A DNA stretch of 64,000 nt from Nitrospirota bacterium (lineage in GTDB: Bacteria; Nitrospirota; UBA9217): assembly GCA_963845065.1 (NCBI GenBank), contig CAWJQQ010000001.1:1152001-1216000 (forward strand). Reading direction: 5' to 3'. Made by a program: the position numbers and the translations under genes. This document shows, one piece after another, positions 50,527 through 60,866 of the stretch. The notes below the pieces were generated by a model. That model saw nothing but the letters and a program-made list of their open reading frames with translations, did not search any database and was not told the DNA's origin. Within the stretch, counting starts at the first letter, position 1; each line of letters starts with the position of its first letter.

Positions 50527-50985
50527 ATGAAAAAAAATCGTTATATTAGAGAGCGGCTTAGGGCTCTCCTTGATCTGAATGATCCGCCACACAAACTCGC
50601 ACTTGCTTTTGCGCTTGGCGTATTCGTCGCATTTTCTCCGACGGTAGGGCTGCATATAGTGAGTTGCTTTTTTTTAGCATGGGCATTTCGCGTAAGCAAA
50701 GTCGTCGTTTTAAGCGCGTCATTCATCAACAATCCATGGACAGTCGTTCCACTGTACGGACTTTGCATCTGGTTTGGCATTAAAATAACGGGGAACAACG
50801 TTCCCGTCCCTCATATCCCCTGGAACGAACTCACCATTTCCACAGTGTACTTCACTGTAAAGCCTTATCTTTGGCCGTTCGTTGCAGGGACCCTCGTTCT
50901 TGGAGCAATTGTCGCCGTTCTCGCATATTTTGGTTTTTTCTGGGCAGTTGTTCGATATCGTAAACTGAAAGAAACAATCGGTTAG
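50527..50985 (+). CDS. DUF2062 family membrane protein
   Basis: PHKLALAFALGVF, NNPWT. Confidence 0.85.
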   Translation: MKKNRYIRERLRALLDLNDPPHKLALAFALGVFVAFSPTVGLHIVSCFFLAWAFRVSKVVVLSASFINNPWTVVPLYGLCIWFGIKITGNNVPVPHIPWNELTISTVYFTVKPYLWPFVAGTLVLGAIVAVLAYFGFFWAVVRYRKLKETIG

Positions 50986-50998
50986 TTGCCTGTCTGTA

Positions 50999-52420
50999 CT
51001 AATTTCTTTTCTTTTTTCTGGGAGTGAATCCTGCGATGCGAGGTTTTTTTTGTTCGATCGACAGCGATATTCTCTTAAACAGGAGAATCGTGAGAAGGCC
51101 GATGACAGGATAGAAAGTAAGTATGTTGCGGAAAAACACAGTTCCCTGTGAAAAGTGATAGTAATAAAATGTTGTAAACATATACAACGCAACGAAAAAG
51201 GCGGCATAGGATATCACCACAAGAAAGATGTGCACGAATTCCTGTGACGGTTTTCCTCCCAACAAGAGAAGTAGTGGAAAAAAAATGATGATGACATTGA
51301 AGTTTTCCAAGGAATAGAGTTGTTGAAGTGCAGGTACGAGGATTTCGGGATGAAAAGTAAACTCAAGTTTTATATGGTTAGCGCCCAATCCGAGAGCACG
51401 CGAAAATTTAAAAAAATACCAGGGTGCGATCAAGAGCAGGGGAACAGCCAGCTTAATAGTCTCATATCGTTTTTTTAGTATATCGATCGAGTTTCTCCAG
51501 ATGTAAATGACCGCTGATATGCACAGTGGGGCGACAAAAAACAACGCCTCGTCTTTTGTGAAGAGAGCCTCGGCTGAGAATACTCCGGTTAGAATCCAGA
51601 AAGCTTCTCTGCCACGCATAGCATAGAGAAATGACATCGCTGCCAGCAGAAGATAAACGCTCAAGGCTAAATCAGAATAAGCCTCTATGGCGTGATAGGA
51701 CATGAGTTGAGAACTCAAAAAAACCACCAACATCATCATTGCGATGATAGTGTTTAGCTCCTTTCGTGCTATGAGGTAGAGACAGCCAGCCAGACACAGC
51801 AGGTAAACGGGATTCCAGAATTTAACCAGAACCTCGTCGAAGCCACCATGCCAGAGACTGATCCACATCTGCATCATCGGATTATGGAGGGGATAGGCAG
51901 TAATCCGTAGGACTGCACCGCTAGCAAAAAAATCCTGAGGGGGTGAATCAAGCAGCAAACTTTTTGTAGCATAGAAGAGCTTGGCGCCAACTGACCAGTT
52001 CGCCCATGCATCCCAGGCAAATATCGGCCTCAATCCAGTCTCTACAAAGACAGAAAACAGCTTTGCACCGGCCCACAGTAGCAATAAAACTACTGCGACT
52101 TTCCTAACACGAGGGATGTTGGGTGAGAGAAGCTCGTCTCGAAGACCTGATGATAGTTTCGGCACAATGGTTATTTTTTGTATTACGATCAAGACGGATA
52201 GAAAGACAATTTCGACAAAAATAGGAAGCGAAGTGTTTACCAGGATCAATTGTACGCGCAGAAGTCCGAGAATAAACATTTGCATTGTAAGGAGCCCTGT
52301 GCCAAGAGGGTAGGAGAAACAAAGTCGCTCTATTAAACCGGTATCATGTTCATTCCGCAGCAGTACGGCAAGAACAAGAAAACCGAGCAGCGTGGGCAGG
52401 AAAAGGGAGATGACCGTCAC
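50999..52420 (-). CDS. Multi-TM GT-C (ArnT/PMT-like) glycosyltransferase
   Basis: Many TM helices; WDAWANW, YPLH, YSDL, TKDEA motifs. Confidence 0.7.
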   Translation of the reverse strand: MTVISLFLPTLLGFLVLAVLLRNEHDTGLIERLCFSYPLGTGLLTMQMFILGLLRVQLILVNTSLPIFVEIVFLSVLIVIQKITIVPKLSSGLRDELLSPNIPRVRKVAVVLLLLWAGAKLFSVFVETGLRPIFAWDAWANWSVGAKLFYATKSLLLDSPPQDFFASGAVLRITAYPLHNPMMQMWISLWHGGFDEVLVKFWNPVYLLCLAGCLYLIARKELNTIIAMMMLVVFLSSQLMSYHAIEAYSDLALSVYLLLAAMSFLYAMRGREAFWILTGVFSAEALFTKDEALFFVAPLCISAVIYIWRNSIDILKKRYETIKLAVPLLLIAPWYFFKFSRALGLGANHIKLEFTFHPEILVPALQQLYSLENFNVIIIFFPLLLLLGGKPSQEFVHIFLVVISYAAFFVALYMFTTFYYYHFSQGTVFFRNILTFYPVIGLLTILLFKRISLSIEQKKPRIAGFTPRKKKRN

Positions 52421-53043
52421 GATGGTTTCCTCTTCAAAACGTAAGCATCACGGGCAAAAACTAATACTGGCTCAACCTGACTGATCTTTACAATTCCTCT
52501 TGTGAATGTGTGGGTAGTCTGGTCGTAATGGGAATCCTTATCCACCAATACAACGATGTATTTTGCCTGATCACGCTTTCTGTGGGGAAGGAGGAAGTAT
52601 TCCATCCGAAGCGAGAGATAATTGTCGGAGGAGTAGAGCACGTAGTCATCATCTATGACTTTTCTGGCGGCCAGGGTGAAATCGTAAAGACCACCTTCCA
52701 TCCGTGACAGTTTTTCATCTGTCCCCAGACCTGCAAAAGCTCGACTGTCATTTATGAGCCATGCACTCCAGCCAATATCTGCATGAATGGCATATACGAT
52801 ACCGACCGAAAAAAAAGTTATTATGACACCCTTTTTAAAGGCGGAAAGAAAGACGTTTTTTTTCAGGGAAATGACGACGCTGCAAAGGAGAATTATTGCC
52901 ATCAATATGTATAAGAGGCTTACAAAGGACGATGATAACGGTACATCATTGATAGTAATTCCGTTAATAGATGATGTTGAAAGCAGATTTTGCAAATTAA
53001 ATTCCATAATTAAATTTAGGAACGTTCCTGGAAGGTTTTGCAA
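52417..53043 (-). CDS. Hypothetical membrane protein coupled to the GT-C gene
   Basis: Two TM segments; 4-bp overlap with next gene; start may be ATG 53007. Confidence 0.65.
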   Translation of the reverse strand: MQNLPGTFLNLIMEFNLQNLLSTSSINGITINDVPLSSSFVSLLYILMAIILLCSVVISLKKNVFLSAFKKGVIITFFSVGIVYAIHADIGWSAWLINDSRAFAGLGTDEKLSRMEGGLYDFTLAARKVIDDDYVLYSSDNYLSLRMEYFLLPHRKRDQAKYIVVLVDKDSHYDQTTHTFTRGIVKISQVEPVLVFARDAYVLKRKPS

Positions 53044-53268
53044 CTCTTTGGGGGTAAAGGATAGATAAACTCCTACAGAGAAACAGTGTTAAAAGTTCGT
53101 GTACGTTATCATAAGTGTCGGTTAAATTCAACTAAAATATTGGGTCCGATGAACCTCGGATTTTAATGTGTAGCTTGTGCTGTAACTTGGCTAGGATATT
53201 GACTGTTTGTAGAGTATAGATTATTATAATCAACATTTACGAATAGCGTTCAGTAAAGGAGTTTTTAT

Positions 53269-54297
53269 TTGGCACTCCCGATCGTTTCCGTGGTTATCGT
53301 CAACTGGGATGGGAAACACCTTTTGGGCGAATGCTTGGATTCGCTGATTGGCCAGCAGGATGTCAAGGATGTTGAAATTATCGTTGTAGACAATGGCTCG
53401 AGGGACGGATCAAAGGAGTTTGTGCGAGATATATACAGAAATGTGAGGGTAGTCAGCCTGCCGGCAAATATTGGTTTTGCGGGAGGCAATAACGCAGGCA
53501 TAAGGATCGCGAGAGGCAAGTACGTTGCTCTTTTGAATAATGACACGAAGGCTGATCCTTTATGGTTAGCGAACTTTCTAACAGCCGCAGAGGCAAGCCC
53601 GCATTCAGTAGGGATGTGGGCGGGGAAAATACTTTCCTACAACGCCCCTAGTATCATTGACAATGTTGGGCTTCTCCTGTACCCAGATGGACTGGGACGA
53701 GGAAAGGGGCGGTTGGAAAGGGATGAGGGACAGTATGATCGTCCAGGCGAAGCGCTGTTTCCGAGCGGATGCGCTGGACTCTACCGTAAAGAGATGCTGG
53801 ACGAGATCGGCTTGTTTGACGAAGGGTTTTTTGCTTATGCCGATGATGTCGACATAGGACTCAGGGCCAGGCTTGCAGGGTGGGGCTGTGCGTATGTTCC
53901 GTCTGCAATAATATTTCACAAATATTCAGCATCATCTTCCGCCTATTCTCCTTTCAAGGCATTTTTAGTAGAACGTAACAGGATTTGGGTATTGCTCAAA
54001 TATTTCCCCTTGGAACTGATAGCCGTAAGCCCCTGTTTTACGGTCCTGCGACTTCTGGGCCATTTGTACGGAGCGATCACGGGAAAGGGTGCGAGCGGCA
54101 GATTTTCAGAACAGAATTCCGTGATGCAAGCATTTGCCATTTTGTTGAAAGCATGGGGAGCGGCGCTCATGGAGCTTCCCTCCATCGTGAAACAACGTCG
54201 GGCTGGCTCCCGGTTACGACGGTTAAGCCGGCCTGTTCTTTACCGGCTTCTATGTGAGTATCGCCTGTCAGCAAAAGAAATTTCTTTGAAAGATTAA
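53269..54297 (+). CDS. GT2 glycosyltransferase
   Basis: VDNGSRDGS, GFAGGNN, LNNDT, YADDVD. Confidence 0.93.
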   Translation: MALPIVSVVIVNWDGKHLLGECLDSLIGQQDVKDVEIIVVDNGSRDGSKEFVRDIYRNVRVVSLPANIGFAGGNNAGIRIARGKYVALLNNDTKADPLWLANFLTAAEASPHSVGMWAGKILSYNAPSIIDNVGLLLYPDGLGRGKGRLERDEGQYDRPGEALFPSGCAGLYRKEMLDEIGLFDEGFFAYADDVDIGLRARLAGWGCAYVPSAIIFHKYSASSSAYSPFKAFLVERNRIWVLLKYFPLELIAVSPCFTVLRLLGHLYGAITGKGASGRFSEQNSVMQAFAILLKAWGAALMELPSIVKQRRAGSRLRRLSRPVLYRLLCEYRLSAKEISLKD

Positions 54298-54301
54298 TTT
54301 T

Positions 54302-54997
54302 ATGAAAATATTGATCATCGTGCCAGCGTACAATGAAGAAGAGAGCTTGCCAGGAGTGATTGACGACCTGAGAAAGCACGTTCCATCGGCAGATGTGGTT
54401 GTAGTGAATGATGGTTCTCGGGATGAGACGACTCGGATCGCGAAAGATATGGGTGCGAAAACTTTGGACCTGCCGTTTAACCTCGGTATTGGCGGGGCAG
54501 TCCAAGCTGGATATGTCTATGCTGATCGTCAGGGATATGATGCCGCTGTGCAGTTTGACGGCGATGGCCAACACGTGGGATTGGAGATCAGCAAACTGTT
54601 GCGTCCACTGGAAGACGGGATTGCGGATATTGTTATCGGGTCCCGATTCTTGATCCCAGGGGCCTATAAAGCCCCACTGTTCAGATCTCTTGGCATCCGG
54701 ATTTTTTCCTTTACCCTCTCCCGAGTCCTCTCTATAGTGGTAACAGACAGTACTTCTGGATTTCGCGCTGCAAATAGGAGGGCAATAGAGTTTTTTGCCC
54801 GGATGTACCCTGATGATTACCCGGAGGTCGAATCGCTCGTCCTGGCACACAAGATAAATCTCAGGATGATCGAAGTTGCAGTCACTATGCGGGAGCGTAC
54901 CGGCGGAAAATCTTCTATAACTCCTTTGCGCTCAGTTTATTATATGACAAAAGTACTTATGGCCATTTTTATCGATTTATTAAAAAAAGTGAGGTGA
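54302..54997 (+). CDS. GT2 glycosyltransferase, DPM1-like
   Basis: PAYNEE, NLGIGGAVQ, FDGDGQH, DSTSGFR. Confidence 0.93.
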   Translation: MKILIIVPAYNEEESLPGVIDDLRKHVPSADVVVVNDGSRDETTRIAKDMGAKTLDLPFNLGIGGAVQAGYVYADRQGYDAAVQFDGDGQHVGLEISKLLRPLEDGIADIVIGSRFLIPGAYKAPLFRSLGIRIFSFTLSRVLSIVVTDSTSGFRAANRRAIEFFARMYPDDYPEVESLVLAHKINLRMIEVAVTMRERTGGKSSITPLRSVYYMTKVLMAIFIDLLKKVR

Positions 54998-55000
54998 CCT

Positions 55001-55357
55001 ATGGACCTGTTGAAAATTCTGGCTATTACGGGCAGCGGCGTTCTCCTTTTCGTAGTGATAGAGCTTATCAGGAGAGGCCGGCTTAAGGAACGTTATTCTC
55101 TCCTGTGGCTTCTCGCTGGGGTAGTCCTTCTTTTCTTGTCATCATCACGGAATGCATTGGAATTCATAGCACGACATGTCGGCATTTACTATCCGCCGTC
55201 CTTTCTTTTTCTGATTGCCTTTCTCTTTCTGTTGCTCATTACCCTGCATTTTTCCGTGGTAATTTCCGGCTTGAGCGAAAAAAGTAAAAAATTAGCGCAA
55301 GAGATCGCCCTTCTGCGCCAAGAACTGTACACCATAAGACGAGGAAGCCAGAATTAA
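55001..55357 (+). CDS. DUF2304 family membrane protein
   Basis: LKERYSLLWL, GIYYPPS, LAQEIALL. Confidence 0.85.
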   Translation: MDLLKILAITGSGVLLFVVIELIRRGRLKERYSLLWLLAGVVLLFLSSSRNALEFIARHVGIYYPPSFLFLIAFLFLLLITLHFSVVISGLSEKSKKLAQEIALLRQELYTIRRGSQN

Positions 55358-55443
55358 GGTAAAGGCGATTATGAATGATAAAATGCTCTTTACTTTGTCT
55401 GCTATCCGTGTTAAATTCCAAAGGTTAACATCAAGGAGGGATT

Positions 55444-56652
55444 TTGGCAGTTATGCAGACAATGCAGGAAAAAGTTAACAGATTATTTGCCAGCAAGTGG
55501 TTTAATCTATTCGCTTTTGCTATGATTACGGCGTTGATACTTATTGCTTATTTTAACACGTTTACCTCTGCATTTCACTTTGACGATACCCCTTCGATTG
55601 TGGAAAATGGCGGGATCAGACGACTTACATGGGACAGCTTTATAGGCCAGTTTTCCGGAACCAGGCCAATAGTAAATTTATCGCTTTTGTTCAATTACCA
55701 GCTGAGCGGCATGAATGTTGTCGGTTGGCATATATTCAACATCGGCTTTCATATTGCTAACAGTATATTCGTTTATCTCTTAATTCTTTGGACTCTGAAT
55801 CTTCCTTCTCTCTATGCACGATATGGCGGAGTACGGGCCAAGCGGATGGCGCTGTTCGGATCGTTGCTGTTTGCGTTACATCCGATCCAGACAGAATCCG
55901 TGACGTATATCATAAGCCGTACAGAACTGCTTGCAACTTTTTTTTACTTAGCGACGTTCCTATTCTTTATCAAGGGCGTTAAATCAAGGAAATTTAGCCA
56001 TTACATCGGTTGTTTCTTTATGTCATTGCTTGCGATGGGGTCTAAGGAGTGGGCAGTGACACTTCCCGCAATGCTCTTTCTCTACGATTTCCTGTTTATT
56101 GCTGAGGGGAAGATTCAGACAGTTTTAACGCGTTCAATGGTATATATCTTGGTGGCCTTGCCCTGGGCATACGTGGCGTATAATCTAACATCATCTAAGC
56201 TGTCCGGAGCAGGATTCGGCATCTCGGGACAGAATGGCATAACGCCGTGGACTTACTGGCTAACATCATTTAACGTCATGTGGACCTATATCCGACTCCT
56301 CATTCTGCCGATTAACCAGAACCTGGACTATTCTTATCATCATGCGATGACACTGTTCGAATTCCCGACGCTTCTCTCGTTTCTCGGCCATATATGCGTA
56401 GTAGTCGCCTCAATCTGGTTTTATGTCAAAAGGAAATGGACTTTGCTACCGTTCGGGGTGGCATGGTTCTATATCACCCTATCTCCGACCCAGAGCTTCG
56501 TGCCGATTTTAGATGTGATTTTTGAGCATAGACTATACTTACCATCAATTGGTTTTTTTATTTTTTTCATTGCGGCCTTTGAAGCTCTTTTCGACTGGAT
56601 GGAAAATAGAAAAGTCATGAAGGCCCAGAGTGCCCTAGCAAAAATATCGTGA
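55444..56652 (+). CDS. TMTC-like GT-C membrane glycosyltransferase lacking TPR repeats
   Basis: FHFDD, RP, ALHPIQTESVTYIISR, SKE, EHRLYLPS; ends shortly after the last TM. Confidence 0.8.
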   Translation: MAVMQTMQEKVNRLFASKWFNLFAFAMITALILIAYFNTFTSAFHFDDTPSIVENGGIRRLTWDSFIGQFSGTRPIVNLSLLFNYQLSGMNVVGWHIFNIGFHIANSIFVYLLILWTLNLPSLYARYGGVRAKRMALFGSLLFALHPIQTESVTYIISRTELLATFFYLATFLFFIKGVKSRKFSHYIGCFFMSLLAMGSKEWAVTLPAMLFLYDFLFIAEGKIQTVLTRSMVYILVALPWAYVAYNLTSSKLSGAGFGISGQNGITPWTYWLTSFNVMWTYIRLLILPINQNLDYSYHHAMTLFEFPTLLSFLGHICVVVASIWFYVKRKWTLLPFGVAWFYITLSPTQSFVPILDVIFEHRLYLPSIGFFIFFIAAFEALFDWMENRKVMKAQSALAKIS

Positions 56653-56664
56653 CTCTTCCCCAGG

Positions 56665-57816
56665 ATGCAAAAAATATTATTTGTTTGTAACGATTTCATT
56701 GGGAGTTCCATGGCTGGGCCGGGCATCCGATACTGGGAAATGGCCCGTGCCCTTGAACGGAAGGGGTATTCGGTCGCAATCCTTTCCCGGTACCTTGAAA
56801 AAGATTTTTTGGGCGACGCCGCAATATCTGTCGGATATGCATCTTTCTTTAATTTGATCCGGTGGACATGGCGTTCTGATTACGTTGTGCAAACCGGTCG
56901 CCCGCTTTCCATGCTCTTTTCTTCTCTCTTCCGCAAAAAGTCCATTTTTGATCAATACGATCCTGTTATTTTTGAATTCCTGGAACGGAAGCCCGTTGGA
57001 TTCTTCGACAGGCTGCTGCTACGGACTATGTTTTTTATGTGGAAAATCCGGCAGCGCCTGATCCTGAGATTCGGGGAAAGGTTCCTCGTCGCGAACGAAA
57101 AACAAAAGGATCTTCTGATCGGCCAAATGACGATACTCGGGTATCTGGATAAGCTTACTAAAGTCTCGATTCTTCCATTTGGTTTGTCAAAAGAAAAACC
57201 GTACAAAAAACATACCGTCATTCGCGGATTGAAAATCAAGGAAACAGATTTTCTCATGGTTTGGGGCGGCGGGGTCTGGGATTGGTTCGACCCCTTCACA
57301 CTTCTTGACGCATTGTCGAAGCTCACGGGCCAGCGTGACGACATTAAAGTCTATTTTCCGGGCATGAATCCACCGAATCCCGATTCCCAAAAGCTGGCTA
57401 TCACGGATGCCTTTATCAAAAAAGCCGGGGCACTCGGTCTGCTTGATACTGTGGTCTTTGTAAAATCGGGTTGGACCGCCTATGCGGAGCGGGCCGATTA
57501 TCTCCTGGAAGCCGACGCCGGGATCAGCCTTCACCGCGACAATTTGGAGACTAGGTTCGCATTCAGGACGAGGATGCTCGACTACCTGTGGGCGGGCCTG
57601 CCCATAATTGCATCAAAAGGGGACAACTGGGCCGATATAATTGAACAAAAAGGCCTTGGGATCACGGTTGATCCTGAAGATGCCGATGGAGTGGCGAATG
57701 CGATCGTTAAAATTGCTGGAGACCACCGGTTTAGAAATAGTTGCAAGGAACACATCCAAACACTCACCGCGGATTATGAATGGGATAAATTGGCTGAAAA
57801 CTTGATACTTGATTAA
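56665..57816 (+). CDS. GT4-like glycosyltransferase
   Basis: MAGPGIRY, WGGGVWDWFDP, FRTRMLDYLWAGLPII. Confidence 0.85.
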   Translation: MQKILFVCNDFIGSSMAGPGIRYWEMARALERKGYSVAILSRYLEKDFLGDAAISVGYASFFNLIRWTWRSDYVVQTGRPLSMLFSSLFRKKSIFDQYDPVIFEFLERKPVGFFDRLLLRTMFFMWKIRQRLILRFGERFLVANEKQKDLLIGQMTILGYLDKLTKVSILPFGLSKEKPYKKHTVIRGLKIKETDFLMVWGGGVWDWFDPFTLLDALSKLTGQRDDIKVYFPGMNPPNPDSQKLAITDAFIKKAGALGLLDTVVFVKSGWTAYAERADYLLEADAGISLHRDNLETRFAFRTRMLDYLWAGLPIIASKGDNWADIIEQKGLGITVDPEDADGVANAIVKIAGDHRFRNSCKEHIQTLTADYEWDKLAENLILD

Positions 57817-57845
57817 TCCAATGAAGTGATACATTGCAACCTAAT

Positions 57846-58802
57846 ATGAGCCATGATCCGACAATTGACATCCTTTTAGCCACCTATAACGGAGAGAGTT
57901 TTTTAAGCGAACAAATACAATCGCTCCTGAACCAGACCTACGCGCATTGGCGTCTCATTATTCGCGACGATGGTTCAACGGACGACACCCTGTCGATCAT
58001 TCATCGTTACCAACAGCAATATCCACAGAAAATTACCCTCATTAAGGATGGCCAGGTCAATCTAGGCGCATGCCGGAATTTCGCCAGACTTTTGGAACAT
58101 GCCAGCGCAGAGTATGTGATGTTCAGCGACCAGGACGATGTGTGGTTATCCACAAAGATAGCATTGACGTTGGAAAAGATGAAAGAGATGACCGAAATAT
58201 ACGGCAATGATGTACCGCTTCTCGTTTATACAGACATGAAAGTGGTCGATGATCGTTTATCGATCATATCGGAATCATTTTGGGAAAATCAGGCATTCAA
58301 TCCAGCCATAGGGCGGTCGTTAAGCCGTTTCATGGTCAGTAACGTGGCTACCGGTTGTACTGTAATGATCAATAAGAGGCTCCGTGATTTGTCTGTACCT
58401 ATGCCCCAAGATGCTCTAATGCATGATTGGTGGGCCGGACTAATAGCCGTGGCACTCGGGCGAACTGATTATGTTGACGAAGCCACTATGCTATACAGAC
58501 AACACCGCATGAATGTCGTCGGTGCAAAGTGGGACATCAGCATTAAAACTATTGTCAAAAAATTAATAGACTTTAAAAAACTTAAACAAATAAACAGGAC
58601 TCACTTATTAAAAACGCAGAAACAGGCCATGGCTTTGGGTTTACGATTTGAGGCGCTTTTGCAGAAGGGAAAGTATGAAAAGATTATGGTCTATGCAAAT
58701 CTTGATTCGCAAAGCTTTATTATGAAAAGAGCCAAAATCATACAGTATGGTTTTTGGTGGGCGGGCTTTACCAGAAGTTTTACGATGTTTGTAATCATAT
58801 AA
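57846..58802 (+). CDS. GT2 glycosyltransferase (rhamnosyltransferase-like)
   Basis: LATYNGE, RDDGSTD, FSDQDDVW, MHDWW, YRQH. Confidence 0.92.
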   Translation: MSHDPTIDILLATYNGESFLSEQIQSLLNQTYAHWRLIIRDDGSTDDTLSIIHRYQQQYPQKITLIKDGQVNLGACRNFARLLEHASAEYVMFSDQDDVWLSTKIALTLEKMKEMTEIYGNDVPLLVYTDMKVVDDRLSIISESFWENQAFNPAIGRSLSRFMVSNVATGCTVMINKRLRDLSVPMPQDALMHDWWAGLIAVALGRTDYVDEATMLYRQHRMNVVGAKWDISIKTIVKKLIDFKKLKQINRTHLLKTQKQAMALGLRFEALLQKGKYEKIMVYANLDSQSFIMKRAKIIQYGFWWAGFTRSFTMFVII

Positions 58803-58860
58803 GAGAGTAAGAAGGAATTGAAAACTTGACGTTAAAAAAAATATTCATCATGCACTCGGA

Positions 58861-59928
58861 TCATCTGTTTTTTTGGGTTCCTGCTGGAGCAATCGCCTTC
58901 TTCAATGACTGAACTATCCTGAGTAAATACTTCCGATAGTAGAAACGGCTGGTTTTGAGATTGTCCCATAGGAAAACGTCTTGAGACCCGGTCAGTGTAT
59001 AGTAAGCGACAACGAATAAATTGACGATGACGCCGGGGATCAGTGCAACCGACTTGGCAATTAAGATTCTCCCGTGCGATTCAAGCCGTGCTTTTATATA
59101 GCTGTTATACTCGAGAAGGGAGTAGACGCCAAATGCGCGCTCCAAAAGCAGCGTCAGCGAGTCATCCCAGGGATTCCTGGGAGATATGCGCTCTTTCGCC
59201 TTATCACTGATGCCAGGAAAGGACCAGATTAGATCCGGCCACTTAATCATCCAGATCGAAAAATGCCGAGATGACCATTGAGCATTTCCCGACCGGATCA
59301 TAATGCAGGGTTCAGCCACGGCGAATGCGCCGTGAGGAAGATCCGCCTGAAAGATGACCCCGACGTGGATAAATTCAGTGCCGATATAGGGTTCCTTTAT
59401 TCGCTCGTTCCATAGGACGTGATCGATCACTACAGCACCGATAAAAGAAAGGTAAGATAAGGTCTCGATGAAAAGCAACTCCCGGGAGGAAGGTTGATAA
59501 AAAGTATCCTTTTCAAGGAGAAACTGCTTCCGTTTCAATTGTTTTGTCAGAGTTCGATTCCAGATTTCCGCGTTCAGGATGATGAGACTGTATCGTTGCG
59601 CAATGAGTTGCAGTACAGTGTTGATAGCTCCCTGCTTTAGCATATCATCATCAGTAAGAAGCCAGCAGTATTCACCTTTCGCAAACGATACGGCATGACA
59701 ATAATCTCGGTCAACACCACCCTTGATCGGCAGCCGATAATAGCGCAGCGAGGAGCATCGGTTCGCGTAGCGCTGCATAACGTCTGCGGTATTATCTGTT
59801 GATGCACCATCGACAACGATTATTTCGACCTCTTCCCTGAGTTGGGAGATGATGCTTTCCAGGGTTTGGCCTATCACGTCAGCTCGGTTATATGTCGCGA
59901 TGCAGATTGATAAGCGAGGAGCAATCAT
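58861..59928 (-). CDS. GT2 glycosyltransferase (abequosyltransferase-like)
   Basis: LSICIATYNRA, VDGASTD, GEYCWLLTDDD. Confidence 0.85.
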   Translation of the reverse strand: MIAPRLSICIATYNRADVIGQTLESIISQLREEVEIIVVDGASTDNTADVMQRYANRCSSLRYYRLPIKGGVDRDYCHAVSFAKGEYCWLLTDDDMLKQGAINTVLQLIAQRYSLIILNAEIWNRTLTKQLKRKQFLLEKDTFYQPSSRELLFIETLSYLSFIGAVVIDHVLWNERIKEPYIGTEFIHVGVIFQADLPHGAFAVAEPCIMIRSGNAQWSSRHFSIWMIKWPDLIWSFPGISDKAKERISPRNPWDDSLTLLLERAFGVYSLLEYNSYIKARLESHGRILIAKSVALIPGVIVNLFVVAYYTLTGSQDVFLWDNLKTSRFYYRKYLLRIVQSLKKAIAPAGTQKNR

Positions 59929-59987
59929 AGTTATTCAGACTTTATGGTAGTTGCACCCTGTGGTTGATGGACAGGCGCATCACCCTT

Positions 59988-60866
59988 TCACGACATTGAT
60001 GCGGTTACCATCATTTCAGCAAGCTGGGGCAGCTTCACAACAGGAAACCATCCAAGCTTATTCATCGTACGGGGGTTTGAATACAATCGTTTGTACTCGG
60101 AAGTAAAACTTTCTTGCAGCCGGACATGCTTATGCCAATCCTTGCCGATAATGCTAAAACATTGCTCAAGCCAATTTTCAATGGAATGCATCTCACCTGA
60201 TCCTATTGCAGCTTCAAATACCGTGTTCTGCTCGACCAAGGTAAAAATTCCGATAGCAATGTCACCGGCAAAGGTCCATTCCTTTTCAACGGAAATATCG
60301 CCTAACTCAATGATCTCATTACTCCCTTTTGCAATTCGCTTCGCAGCAAGGGCGACAATCTGGCTTACATGGTTTGGTTTTCGGAGCGGACTCTCATGAT
60401 GAAATAAATAGCCGATGTAGACCTTGAGCCCGAGAGAACGGTAATACCGCGCCGCATAAACCGATTGAATGCGCGCAATGGAGTAGGGGCTGCTTGCTTC
60501 AAAGTCATCAGTTTCGGATATCGGCAGTCCCCTGTTTACGAATTGAACGCCGCTACCGGTTAAAAACACTTTTGATTCTGGATGATGTCTTTTAACCGCT
60601 TCAAGAATATTAAGGGCACCCGTGGATATGGTTTCATGGTTTTCAAAAAGGGCGCTGTGTCGAGTTGTGGAATTGGCCGCAACATGGAATATATAGGCAG
60701 GGAGATGGTGCTTGATCAGCTGCTCAACCTGTTTATAACTGGATACATCGCCTCGAACGTAGTTGCCCGATCGAGACACCCCCACAGGCTCCAAACCTTT
60801 ACGTTTGCAAAGTTCAAACAAATAGTGACCGTCCTGACCACTCGCGCCGAAAATGATGGCTTTCAT
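59988..60866 (-). CDS. GDP-mannose 4,6-dehydratase-like extended SDR with atypical active site
   Basis: GASGQDG, FHHESPLR; YSIAR replaces YxxxK. Confidence 0.8.
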   Translation of the reverse strand: MKAIIFGASGQDGHYLFELCKRKGLEPVGVSRSGNYVRGDVSSYKQVEQLIKHHLPAYIFHVAANSTTRHSALFENHETISTGALNILEAVKRHHPESKVFLTGSGVQFVNRGLPISETDDFEASSPYSIARIQSVYAARYYRSLGLKVYIGYLFHHESPLRKPNHVSQIVALAAKRIAKGSNEIIELGDISVEKEWTFAGDIAIGIFTLVEQNTVFEAAIGSGEMHSIENWLEQCFSIIGKDWHKHVRLQESFTSEYKRLYSNPRTMNKLGWFPVVKLPQLAEMMVTASMS

